Positions 38,857 through 49,800 of a stretch of 59,013 nucleotides of DNA are shown here, piece after piece. The notes below the pieces were generated by a model. The model saw only the letters and a list, made by a program, of their open reading frames with translations, was not told the origin of the DNA and did no database searches. The stretch lies in the IMG/VR virus record IMGVR_UViG_3300030329_002180, positions 1-59,013 of that record; one strand, written 5' to 3'. Source of the stretch: a virus (Duplodnaviria > Caudoviricetes). Position numbers and translations under genes: made by a program. Every line of letters begins with the position of its first letter. The stretch's first letter is position 1.

Positions 38857-40068
38857 ATGAAAAAATCAGCAACCACTAAATTAAACACACCGAGTTCTGT
38901 AACGGGTAACACTACTACTATAGCTACCGGTACGAAAAGCCAAACTGCTAGTGATGGAGTCGTTTCGCAGGTTGCAACCGTTACCGTTAGTAGTGGTCAT
39001 TATATTGGAAAATTTTCAACAACAGAATTTACTGAAATATTTAATGTTACTTTACAAGCTGATACAGGAAGTAATTATTATTATTCAGCTCAACCATATC
39101 TATCTATTGAAAATGAAGTTGCCACTTACAAACAAACACAAGTTAATACCTATGATGATGATGGTAAAATAACTAAATGCGTTTTAACACTTTTCTATAA
39201 AGCTAGCACAGACGAGGTACAAAACGTTATACCTGAAGTTGACGTTAATTTTACTGTTGCTCAAACAACTGCTACTGTTAAAAAATTATATTCTATAGGA
39301 TGTGTAAGTAATCTAGTTGGTACAACAAGTCCTTTATATGTTTTTTGTAAAGGTGATATTGGAGCACAGTTTAAAATGAGTGTTAAAGATGAAGACGATA
39401 ATGAAGTCGCTACAACCTCTTTAGTTAGAACTATAACACCTGAAACTATCAATGATTTAGATATAGAAAGCATGGATTATGTAAAACAAAAAAAACCAGG
39501 TGTTAAAGTGTGTAAATATAATATTCCAGCTAGATCTTCTAAAAAAGTTTGGACTGTTACGCCAACTGTACACACGGGTACAACCGCTGGTAGTGGATTA
39601 GCAGCTATTACTTTTACACAAACACCTATAGTTGATATTTCTTTTACAGCAACAACAACAGGTTTAAGCAATGTTACCATGTCTACGGCTGTTACAAATA
39701 GTAATGACGTGTCTACTGGTAGTGTTATAAAATCTACTGGTAGTACTCTATTTTCAGTAGAAGATGCGCCTACTGGTAGGTTGGTTTTTACTATAACAAG
39801 CACTGGTAGCGCCATCACGGTAGACACAACTTTTAACAACGGTTTACCTATATTTAATCAAGCATTATCTGCTGTGGCTGCTGATAGTTCTAGTTTTACA
39901 AATATCACTGGTGGTGGTGTAAACGAATGCTTGTTTGAGTTTAATGATTTTTCTATAGAGCAAACAACTACACATATAATAACTTTAAAATGTAATTATA
40001 AAATTAAAGTAAGTGCTACAGCTGATTTCGCTATAGGTTTAACGCTTAATGATTTTATTAATCAATAA
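38857..40068 (+). CDS. Putative structural protein (Thr-rich beta protein)
   Basis: Composition and position in the tail operon. Confidence 0.6.
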   Translation: MKKSATTKLNTPSSVTGNTTTIATGTKSQTASDGVVSQVATVTVSSGHYIGKFSTTEFTEIFNVTLQADTGSNYYYSAQPYLSIENEVATYKQTQVNTYDDDGKITKCVLTLFYKASTDEVQNVIPEVDVNFTVAQTTATVKKLYSIGCVSNLVGTTSPLYVFCKGDIGAQFKMSVKDEDDNEVATTSLVRTITPETINDLDIESMDYVKQKKPGVKVCKYNIPARSSKKVWTVTPTVHTGTTAGSGLAAITFTQTPIVDISFTATTTGLSNVTMSTAVTNSNDVSTGSVIKSTGSTLFSVEDAPTGRLVFTITSTGSAITVDTTFNNGLPIFNQALSAVAADSSSFTNITGGGVNECLFEFNDFSIEQTTTHIITLKCNYKIKVSATADFAIGLTLNDFINQ

Positions 40069-40079
40069 AAATATAAAAT

Positions 40080-40421
40080 ATGGCTACAAGATCCGTTACT
40101 TTTTCGCCTATAAACAAATTTAACACATCGTTAACTATCGGTGATAAATTACAAACTGTTGTCAACGAAGCGTTTAAAACAGTTGGAACAGTAACTGATA
40201 TAGTTGAAGATACTACAGCTAATAAAATAGAAGTTTTTTATAACGAAGCATCTCCAATTATTAGTATTACTTCTGGTGATTTCATGTTGTTTGTAAAAAA
40301 CAAGAGTATAAACCAAGGTAGTGTAAAAGGTAGACATGCTACTATTAAAATTGAAAATGATTCTACATTGATATCAAAAGTAACAGATTTAAGCGTGGGT
40401 ATAACAGAAAGTAGTAAATAA
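40080..40421 (+). CDS. Putative structural protein
   Basis: NTSLTIGD...GDFMLFVKN...VKG; last gene of the tail operon. Confidence 0.6.
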   Translation: MATRSVTFSPINKFNTSLTIGDKLQTVVNEAFKTVGTVTDIVEDTTANKIEVFYNEASPIISITSGDFMLFVKNKSINQGSVKGRHATIKIENDSTLISKVTDLSVGITESSK

Positions 40422-40443
40422 TACACAAAAAGTGTAATTATAT
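40414..40443 (+). promoter_or_regulatory. Putative late promoter
   Basis: GTAAA-N15-GTAATTAT upstream of the ejection-protein operon. Confidence 0.55.
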
Positions 40444-40480
40444 ATAAAATATAAGATATGAAAATAAAAAACAATATATT

Positions 40481-42382
40481 ATGGCTGTAGGTAGAATAAC
40501 TAATAAAACAAAATCAGGAGATTCACCAGCTAAAATTTGGGGCGCTGTAATCGGGGCAGCTGTTGGTTTATATAATGGCTACAAAAGTAGAAAACAGCAA
40601 AAAAAGCAAATGAGAAGTTTACAAAGTCAAAGATCTGTAGATAATTCTAGACTTGAGAAAGGTAGAAAAGCTTATGAAAATATGAAGTTTACAAACCCTT
40701 ATGCTGGTTTTTCAAATCCTTATGCTGACACTCAAAACCCATATGCTGGTATGAGTAATCCTTTTTCTGGAATGCCAAACTCTTTTGCAGGTTTAAGTAA
40801 TCCTTATGAAAACGTTACTAATACTTATGCTGGTATGACTAATGCTTTTGATGGTATGACGAATGCTTATGATAACATGACTAATCCATTTTCTGGACAA
40901 AATGCTTTTGCTGGTATGACTAATGCGTTTGGTGGAGCTACAAACGCTTTTGCCGGTGCTACAAATGCTTTTGCTGGAGCACAAAATCCATATGCTCAAG
41001 TTACGAATACTTTTGCTGATCTTGATAATCCATATGCTTCGATGTCAAATTCTTATTCTGGTATAGAAAATCCTTACGCGGATGTTAGTAATTCTTTCGC
41101 TGAAACAAAAAATCCATATGCCGCTGTAAATAATCCATACGCATCGATGAAAAATCCTTATGATAATATGGAAAACACAGCTGAAGATTTAACTGTTGAT
41201 CAACAAGCGGCAGAATTTCAAACTAGACAAAACGCTCAATCTCAAGCTGACATATTAGGAAGTCTTAAAAGTAGTGCTGGTTCAACGGGTATTGCTTCTT
41301 TAGCCCAAGCTTTAGCTAATCAAAGTACAAATGCTAACGCTAAAGCCGCTGCTAATATTGCCCAACAAGAAAGTGCTAATCAAAAAGCTAAAGTAAATCA
41401 AGCTTCTAAAAACCAACAATTAGCTGCACAGGGACAAATGCAACTACAACAACTTCAAGGACAAGGACAGTTAAGATCACAAGAACTAAGAGGTCAAGGA
41501 GAGATGTTTGCTGAAAAACTTAGAGGTGAGGGAGAAATGAGAGCTGCGGAGTTAAAAGGTAAAGGTCAATGGTTAGCTGATGAGGCTGCTGCTAAAGGTG
41601 ATTTAGAAGTACAAAGATTACAGGGTCAAGGTCAATGGCTAGCTGACGAAGCTGCGGCTAAAGGAGGTATGAGAGCAGCTGAATTACAAGGTCAAGGTCA
41701 ATGGATGGCTGATCAAGCTAGAATGCAAGGTGAACAAGTTGCCGCAACACAGAGAATGCAAGGTGAGCAGTTTGCTGCAACGCAAAGAATGCAGGGTCAA
41801 CAGTATACCGATACTCAAATCATGCAAGGTCAACAATACGCGGATCAACTACAAGGACAAGCCTCTATGAATATTCAACAAATGCAAGCTCAAGGAGCAA
41901 TGAGCATACAACAACAACAAGCTCAAAGTGCTATGAATATACAACAGTTACAAGCAGCCGGTGGAATGCAAGCTCAACAATTGTATGGACAGGGACAATG
42001 GATGGCTGATGAAGCAGCCGCAAAAGGAGAGCAAGCTACAAATCAAATGATAGCCCAAGGACAGTTTATGACAAACGAGTTGATAGGTAAGGGTTATTTA
42101 TCAGCAAACGAGTTAAGAGGTAGAGGTGAAATAACTAGACAACAATATTTAGGCGCTGGAAACGAGTGGTTGCAAAACATGCAAGCAGCTAGAATTAGAG
42201 ATTTATATGGTATAGGTATGGCTAACTCTATGGCCACTAATCAAGCTATAACAGCTAATCAATCAGCACAAAATACATCAAGAGGTAATATGATAAGTGC
42301 GGTTGGTCAAGGTTTAGGTGCTTGGGCTGGTACTACTAAAGGTACCGATTGGTTAAATACCACCTTCGGGGTTAAGTGGTAA
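40481..42382 (+). CDS. Putative DNA ejection / pilot protein with two repeat arrays
   Basis: N-terminal IWGAVIGAAVGL glycine-zipper segment, 23 heptads N[PA][YF]xxxx and 23 Q-rich 11-mers. Confidence 0.7.
   Translation: MAVGRITNKTKSGDSPAKIWGAVIGAAVGLYNGYKSRKQQKKQMRSLQSQRSVDNSRLEKGRKAYENMKFTNPYAGFSNPYADTQNPYAGMSNPFSGMPNSFAGLSNPYENVTNTYAGMTNAFDGMTNAYDNMTNPFSGQNAFAGMTNAFGGATNAFAGATNAFAGAQNPYAQVTNTFADLDNPYASMSNSYSGIENPYADVSNSFAETKNPYAAVNNPYASMKNPYDNMENTAEDLTVDQQAAEFQTRQNAQSQADILGSLKSSAGSTGIASLAQALANQSTNANAKAAANIAQQESANQKAKVNQASKNQQLAAQGQMQLQQLQGQGQLRSQELRGQGEMFAEKLRGEGEMRAAELKGKGQWLADEAAAKGDLEVQRLQGQGQWLADEAAAKGGMRAAELQGQGQWMADQARMQGEQVAATQRMQGEQFAATQRMQGQQYTDTQIMQGQQYADQLQGQASMNIQQMQAQGAMSIQQQQAQSAMNIQQLQAAGGMQAQQLYGQGQWMADEAAAKGEQATNQMIAQGQFMTNELIGKGYLSANELRGRGEITRQQYLGAGNEWLQNMQAARIRDLYGIGMANSMATNQAITANQSAQNTSRGNMISAVGQGLGAWAGTTKGTDWLNTTFGVKW
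40694..41173 (+). repeat. Coding 21-bp (7-aa) tandem repeat, 23 units
   Basis: NPYAGFS NPYADTQ NPYAGMS ... NPYDNME; one unit is 6 aa. Confidence 0.9.
41429..42187 (+). repeat. Coding 33-bp (11-aa) tandem repeat, 23 units
   Basis: QGQMQLQQLQG ... KGQWLADEAAA ... AGNEWLQNMQA. Confidence 0.85.
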
Positions 42383-42397
42383 TAAAATTAAAAAAAT

Positions 42398-43807
42398 ATG
42401 GGATATAGTACAGATAATACATTAATAAATTTAGCTTATCAATTAAGACAAAGTGAATTAGCACAACCAGAGGTTAGTAATCCTTGGGAAATTGTCGAGA
42501 AAGATATTAAAAAATGGCAAAAAAACTCTCAAGAAAGAGCAGAAAAATTTATAGATAATTTACCAGAACAATTTAATTTACAAAAAATTGAACCAAATGG
42601 TAGAAAAGCTGTAGGTGCTTGGTACAAAAATATGAGAAGTAGATATACTGACGCTGCTAATAGTACGTCTTGGTTTTCTCCTGGTAGTGATGCTTATACA
42701 GAAGGTACAGCTACATTAAATAGTTTAGAAGATGAAATGAATACTGTTTCTGGTATATTAGATAACATAAAAGTTATGAGGACTAATGCTATAGAGAATA
42801 AAGATATGTTAGCTACAGGTGTTAGTGAGGATCAAAAAGCTTTAAACAACGCGTTGATATCAGGTGAGATATTTGACGATATGGAGATAAAAAATGGTGA
42901 GGTTTATTTTAAGGTAAATGGTAAGAAAATAGCAGGATCTGAATTTAAACCTGCTAGAGTACAAGAGAACATGGCAGAAGATACTTGGAATGGTATATTA
43001 GCTGCAACTGAAGAAAACAAGCAAAAAGGTTTTAAATTTAATAAAGAATTAAACAATCAAAATATATACAAAATGTTAGAATTAGGTAATAAATCTGGTG
43101 AGAGTTTTGATATGATGTTTAGCGTTAAAAACAAAACTAAAAATGGTATATCTTTTATAGATCAATATTTAAGTGGAAATCCAGTTGATAAATGGAATAC
43201 TGAAGAAAAAATAAAAAATGATTATAGAAATTTCTTTTTTGAAAATAAAAGGGATTTTGGTGGTTTTTTAATGGAAACATTAGAACATGTTGACAACAAT
43301 ACTGATTTAGATGAAAAAACTAGACAAGCTTTGTTAAAAGAAGAAGCCAATATAAGAAAAATAAATAATGATGCAAAAAAATTAGATCTTTACAATGCTC
43401 AATTAAAAAAGCAACAAGACTTAGCTGTAGTTAATCTAGGACAAGATAAAACTTTTAGATATGGAGATAAGATAATTACTAAAAACCCAGGTAAAGATGA
43501 TGATGGATATAGTATACTATTAGACAACGGAACGCAAGTGTTTGCCACTGATATTGATGATTTAATAGCACAAATTAATCTTCCTTTAGATAGTGAAGAA
43601 TACAATAAGATAATAGAAGCACAACATATAAGAAGATACAGTGTATTTAAAAAAGCTAACTCTGATCTTGACGATGATAGTATAGAAAATTTAATCGAAA
43701 CTAGTGGTGGTGATAGAAATTTCTGGAATCAATTTACAGATTGGTGGAAAAAACCTAAAGGAGGAGGTGAGTTTAACTTTAATTCAGAAAAAAATTTAAA
43801 CGAATAA
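42398..43807 (+). CDS. Putative internal virion / ejection protein
   Basis: Helical protein between the pilot-like and giant protein genes. Confidence 0.55.
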   Translation: MGYSTDNTLINLAYQLRQSELAQPEVSNPWEIVEKDIKKWQKNSQERAEKFIDNLPEQFNLQKIEPNGRKAVGAWYKNMRSRYTDAANSTSWFSPGSDAYTEGTATLNSLEDEMNTVSGILDNIKVMRTNAIENKDMLATGVSEDQKALNNALISGEIFDDMEIKNGEVYFKVNGKKIAGSEFKPARVQENMAEDTWNGILAATEENKQKGFKFNKELNNQNIYKMLELGNKSGESFDMMFSVKNKTKNGISFIDQYLSGNPVDKWNTEEKIKNDYRNFFFENKRDFGGFLMETLEHVDNNTDLDEKTRQALLKEEANIRKINNDAKKLDLYNAQLKKQQDLAVVNLGQDKTFRYGDKIITKNPGKDDDGYSILLDNGTQVFATDIDDLIAQINLPLDSEEYNKIIEAQHIRRYSVFKKANSDLDDDSIENLIETSGGDRNFWNQFTDWWKKPKGGGEFNFNSEKNLNE

Positions 43808-43817
43808 AATATAATTT

Positions 43818-46800
43818 ATGAGAAGATTTAAATTATTTGGAAGAATATATAATATTCCTGAGGAAGGTGTTAAGCAATTTTTAGAAACATATCCTGATGC
43901 CGAGGAGTATTTTGGTGAATCTAGTGAAAAAGTTACTGAGGATGTAACTAAATTATCGGATGATGATGCTGTTGTTAGATTAAACTCACAATATGGTGAT
44001 CTTGGTTTTTCTTTTGAAACGGCTGGTCTTCTTTCAAATAAAGTAAAGGTTACAAATTTCGATGGTACAATAAGTGAAACTTTTGACTTTAATAATTGGA
44101 CAGACGCTGGTAGATCAAAAGTTGCGTCTGATTTAAATGATTGGATGAGTGCGAATGCTGCTCCTAATACAGATCCTAACTTTGCTCCTATATCTGGAGA
44201 ACAATTACATAAACAATCTACTTTGAACGGTGCTTTTAATATTGAAGAGAGCGCCGTTGTACATTTAAACAATTTATATAGAGATAAAGGTGTTTGGTTT
44301 GAGGAAATATCTCCAGGTAGTGACGAAGTAAGAGTTCATAAAGGTGGCAAACATTTAGATGTAAAACTACCTAATAATATATCTAATATAAACCAAGAGA
44401 ATGCTAGAGATTGGGATATTGTTGCTAGTAAGATAAGTAACTTTGCAACAGGTGTTAGTATTACACCTGTTTATGAGGGACAAATGGGTAAGTTTTCAGA
44501 ATTAATAGAGAGAAAACTAGATGAACCAGGCTTTTTAGAAAGCTTAGGTATAACAGATTGGGAATATGCTGTTAAAAGAGAAGTTAATCAAAACATAAGC
44601 AAAGAAGAAGCTAAGTACAATGTTATATTAAAAGCTTTAAAGTCGAAAGCTGGTACAGAGGGTATTTTTGGTTTTGGTTGGAATCCTAATGATGATTATA
44701 GCCAATTAAAAGAAAAAGAAATTGATAGATCTATTGAACAAGCTGTAAACAATAGATATTACGCTGCTAGAAATGCTAGATTAGTCGCCGAGTCTAATCA
44801 ATTAGCTAATTTTTTAGCAGAAAATATAGAAGAAGATGTTGATGGTAGAAAGTTTCAAGCAGCAACCATTGATGATATTCACGAGCTTTACAAACAAAAA
44901 TCAATAAAAGAGTTTTCAAAAGAAGGAAAAAAACTATTTAATCTAGTAGAAGAATGGAAAAAATTAAACCAACAACGTTTAAATGGTGTTGATGTTAAAA
45001 GAAGTGATATTCAAAAATTAGAATCACAAATAAGAACAGCTAGAAATAACTATACCAATTGGTATACAACAGCTAGTAGTTTTGTTGATAGAGATGGAAA
45101 TCCAATATCACCAGTTCAAGGTGAAAAACTAGTTGGTGGATACATGTTAACTGAAGAGGATAGAGACAACTCTAGACAAGATGTTAGTAAAAGATTACAG
45201 TTTAGCAATATAGATGAGTTGAGAGATGATATGTATGTTGATAAGTTTATTAGTGATAAAATGTATAACAAGATGGAAAAAATTGTTATAAATAATCACG
45301 AGGGTAGAAAGCTTTTAGAAAAAGCGGGTTACAGATCTTCTGGTACAACTGATTTAGGTTATATATACGAAGTTCCATTTGGATTTTTAGCAGAAAACTA
45401 TAAAGAAATAATAAAAGGAGATACAGCTTTACCAATGGAGGGTAAAAAGTTTAAATCAGATCCTGGTTATTTTGGTCTTTTTGAATTTGACAAACAACAG
45501 TCTAAACAAGGCGCTAAAGGAGATTATGGTGATATAGAAGAGTATACGGAGGGTAAAGATTTTTCACAAAGATTTAAACAATCATTAAAAACATACAAAT
45601 CAGAACGTAAAAAACTAATATCTGATTTAAACACTGTTAATGAGATGAGCTTGTTAAATATAGATCCCGCTAGTAAAATATCAGGAAAAGGCGCGGTTGT
45701 AGAAAATGTTGGTGATTTCTTTATGCACATGGGTGGTATTTTAGTAGAAAGTACTGGGAGAATATTTGATAGAGATTTTGAAATAGATGATAGAAGTAAA
45801 AGCGTTCAAGCTGAACTAGAAAAATTAAAGAATATACCTGATTACGAAATGACAGAAGCACAATTAGAAGCTTCTAAAAAAAATATGGCTTATGAGGTTG
45901 CGGAGGGAGTAACTGGTTTTGTACCTGCTATAGCGGAGTTTGCGGCTATAGAGTTTGCTACAGCTGGACTTGGTAGTCAATTCGCTTTAAGTAAGTTGGG
46001 TATGAGATTGTTAAAAACTGAAAAATCAATAAAAGCTTTTGAAAAAGCTTATGATGTAAAGCGTGGTACAAAAGAGTTTGATAAAGCTGTTAAAACTTTA
46101 GGATTAAGATCTTTAGATTCTACTAAATTAGGAAAAGTATTAATACCAACAGCTAAAGTTTTAAACGAAGAACTTAAAATGGGTATTGTAATGGGACCAG
46201 AAGATTACCATGTAGGTTCTGGTGCTGCTTTTTATGGAGTTGGACAGTTAATGCAAAGATTATTACCGAAAGCTGCTGGTAGTAGGTGGGAAGCTGTTAG
46301 AACGTTTATTAGAAACGGTAGTAGTGGTGCGATGGGTGTTAAAGCAGGAGAAGAATTACATGCTCTTATTGAAGACATGCGCGGTAATGAGTCTTATATG
46401 AAACATATAGAAGACGCGTATGGTGATATGAGTCAAGTCGGTAGAGATGCTTTAGTAGAATTTTTAGTGTTTTCTTTAGTTGGTTTTAAAGGAACTATAG
46501 ATAGTCACGGTGGTAAGTGGTTAGGATTTAGAAGCAACAGACAATTAGACACCTTGTTAACAGAATCACTAGTTAAGTCAAGAGAACTAAACACTGATAG
46601 ATTAAACATATTAAAAGGTAGAAAATTTGAAGATTTAAATCCCGGTGAGAAAAAGAAAGTAACAGATTTAGAATCAAGAATAGATAATTGGATTCAGGTT
46701 CAGAATGGTGTTATGAGAAGAATTAATATTATAAATAGAAATATTGATTTTAAAAGTAGTCCAGAGAAAGCAACAAAACAAATGAACGAAAGGTTCAATA

Positions 46801-49800
46801 CTATAATTGAAGAGATGTCTAAAATGAGAACATCTAATAAAGATGGTGAACCTATTAAATTTAAAGTTGTTAGATATAGAAAAGATGGTGATTTTAAAGA
46901 TAAAGATTCCGCAGCGGAGTTTGATGGTAAAAATACAATATGGGTAGACGCACAGAGAGCTGAATGGGGTAAAATACCACACGAGGTTAACCATGTATTT
47001 ATAAAGCAATGGTTTGGTACTGAAAAAGGAAAACTTGTAGCTGAAAAATTTAAATTAGAATTGATAGAGAATTTGAAACCTATAAAATTTAGAGGTTTTG
47101 CTAAGAAAAACGGCGAGTATATTGATAAAGATGGTAAAGTTATAGATAAAAGAACTGATTTCGAGGGAACACCCGCGCAAATAAAAGCTCAAAAAGAAGC
47201 TGCTAGAGTTTATAAAGAGTTTTCTATAGAAGATTATATATTGAATGAATATAGTAATCGTAAAGATTTTCATGATATAAAAGCTAATGAGTTTATAAGT
47301 TATACTATGGAGGCTTTAGCAGACCCAATGAATAGAGATAAGGTTCTTGGTGGTGGTATAATGACACGTATGCACCAATCATATAATCGTTTATTAGAAC
47401 GTGGTGGTGGAGGTAAAGCTAAACTTGGTGAAAATTTAAAAGGCTTAGATTTAGTTAGATTTATGTCAAATCTATCTATGGATTTAGCAGGTGGTAAAGT
47501 TACATCGAGACAATTAGAAAAGTTCAAAGAGCTACTAAGTGACCCCGTTTTAGATAATCATATTAACAAGGTTGATAAGATTGCTAAAATGAGAGAAACT
47601 GTAACTAAGAATCAGGAACCATTAAGCTCTAAAGTTAATGAGTTTAAACGACAAGAATTAATAGAAAGAAAAAATAAGCTAGAAACTACAAAGCCTAAAG
47701 ATTGGAAAGAAAGAGTAGAGAAAACTGTAAAAGAGATTTCAGAATTAAGGAAAACAGATCAATTACAAGAAGTAACAGAATCTAATAAAAAAGTATCGCT
47801 TAAAAACGACGCTTTATTAAAAGAATATAATAAAGTAAAATTAGATAAAAAAGAAACAAAAAAACTTAGTTTGGAATTAGCTAAACTAGAGGATAAAGCA
47901 AGAAGTATAGGTGAGGCTAGAAAAGAGGGTTATATAGAAGAAATTAGAAAATTAACACCACGTATAAACGAGATTAAAGAAGGTTTAAAAAAGTCAAACA
48001 AAATAAAGGAGGATATTCTACAAAACAATAAAGGTATTGTTAATAGATGGTTGTTTGGAGACCCAAAAACAAAAACACCAGGTGTTATTGATCCAGCTAA
48101 AAGTTCTCAAGCAGAATTAAAAGAAATAAAATCATCAGCAGATATTGAGGTTATGAATATAATTGATTCGTATAAACCTTCAGAAGGAGCTTTTGGTAAA
48201 TATTTAATTGGAGCTTTAAGGGGTAAAACCGGTAACCAACGTTTAGGTAATATATTGAAAAGAGCTGGTATTGATTTAGATGTCAAAATGAAAACAGTTA
48301 GTAGAGATGCTCCAGAATATAAAGAAAAAGAGGGTGAAGGTTATGACTTTGAAGCTCAAAAAGAAAAAAGAAAGAAAGAAGAAAAAGAGTTAAAAGAAGA
48401 AATAGCTGGAAAAAGAATTTTAAAAGAAGATTTTAAACTTAATGAAGAGCAGATAAGTAGAGTTGAAAGTAGACTTGAAGGTAGAGATTGGTATAAGGAA
48501 GATTTAATAACCGTAGATAACGTTGCTAAAGATATTATATCTGAAGTAATGGGTAATACTATTACTGAAAAAATAAATTGGATTACAAAAGGTGATAATT
48601 GGAAAGTAGCGTTAGATGCTGTTAGTAAACAATCGTTTTCTATAGCCAGATTAGATTTACCACATAGAGTTGGATCTAAAGGATCTGCACAAATGTCTAC
48701 AAAGTTAAAAGGAACCGTGGTTAGAGATATTATGGAACCTACAGGCGAAACCGTAAGTTTAAAAATAGAAGGTTCAACACAAAATTTACCTATACAAAGA
48801 AAAAAGACATTTACTAGAGAAAGTTTCCTTAGAGACGTACTACATGTAACTTTTGATGCTAAAGGAAAACTTGTTAGCGTTAATGCTGATTCTGCTTTAG
48901 GTAAAAAACGTAAAAAAGCATTTAACAATCTTCAATATGAAATGGGTAGAGGTTTTTCTATTCAATTAAGTAAAGATGTTATTAAAAGAGGAGAAGCTAG
49001 TGGAGATATTGTTATTAAAACAACTTTACAAGATTTAATAAATAAGGTGCAAGACGGAAAATCTCCAAATTTAGCGTCTAAATATAACGAACTAATTAAA
49101 GAAGCTCAAGAAAGAAAACCTAGTTTGTTTAGAGTTAAAAGTATATTAGGCGAAGATAGTAAAGAATATAAAAAATTAGAAAAAGATATTTTACTACAAA
49201 TATCTGATAATAAAAAGCTAGCTACAAGTATATATGAGGCTTATGATTTAACACCAGCTAAACTAGAAAAGATAGTTGTAGAGCAATATAAACGTTTTAG
49301 AAATAAGGAATTAAGAGAAGAATTAAGAAAAGCGGGGTTTGAATTAAACAAAGATGTAGCGGGTGGTAAAGATGGTTATATTAATAAACCAGAAACATTC
49401 GTTAAATTAGCTAATTATTTAAATAAAAACCTTAAATTACCTAGTACATTTTTTTATTCAATGTTGCTAGATAGTTATGGTGTTAAAAAATGGCAACCAT
49501 ATAATTCATGGGCTGGTAGAAAAATACTTAAAGAACAAGATATTTCTTGGGAAACAATAAACGAAATACATGGACAATTTTTAGGTTTATCAGGTTTTGG
49601 AACTAAAACAACAGGTGATAAAGCTGGAATTATATTGTCTAACGCTTTGAAAGATAAAATTAGAAGAACTAATAATAAAGACTTAACACCAATAGAAAAA
49701 GCTGAAGAAATAGTTAATTGGATGGAAGGTTATCTTAACGATTATGGAACCTCTATAGTTGATGCATATAAAAATAACAAGAAAGTAAGAAAAGATTTAG

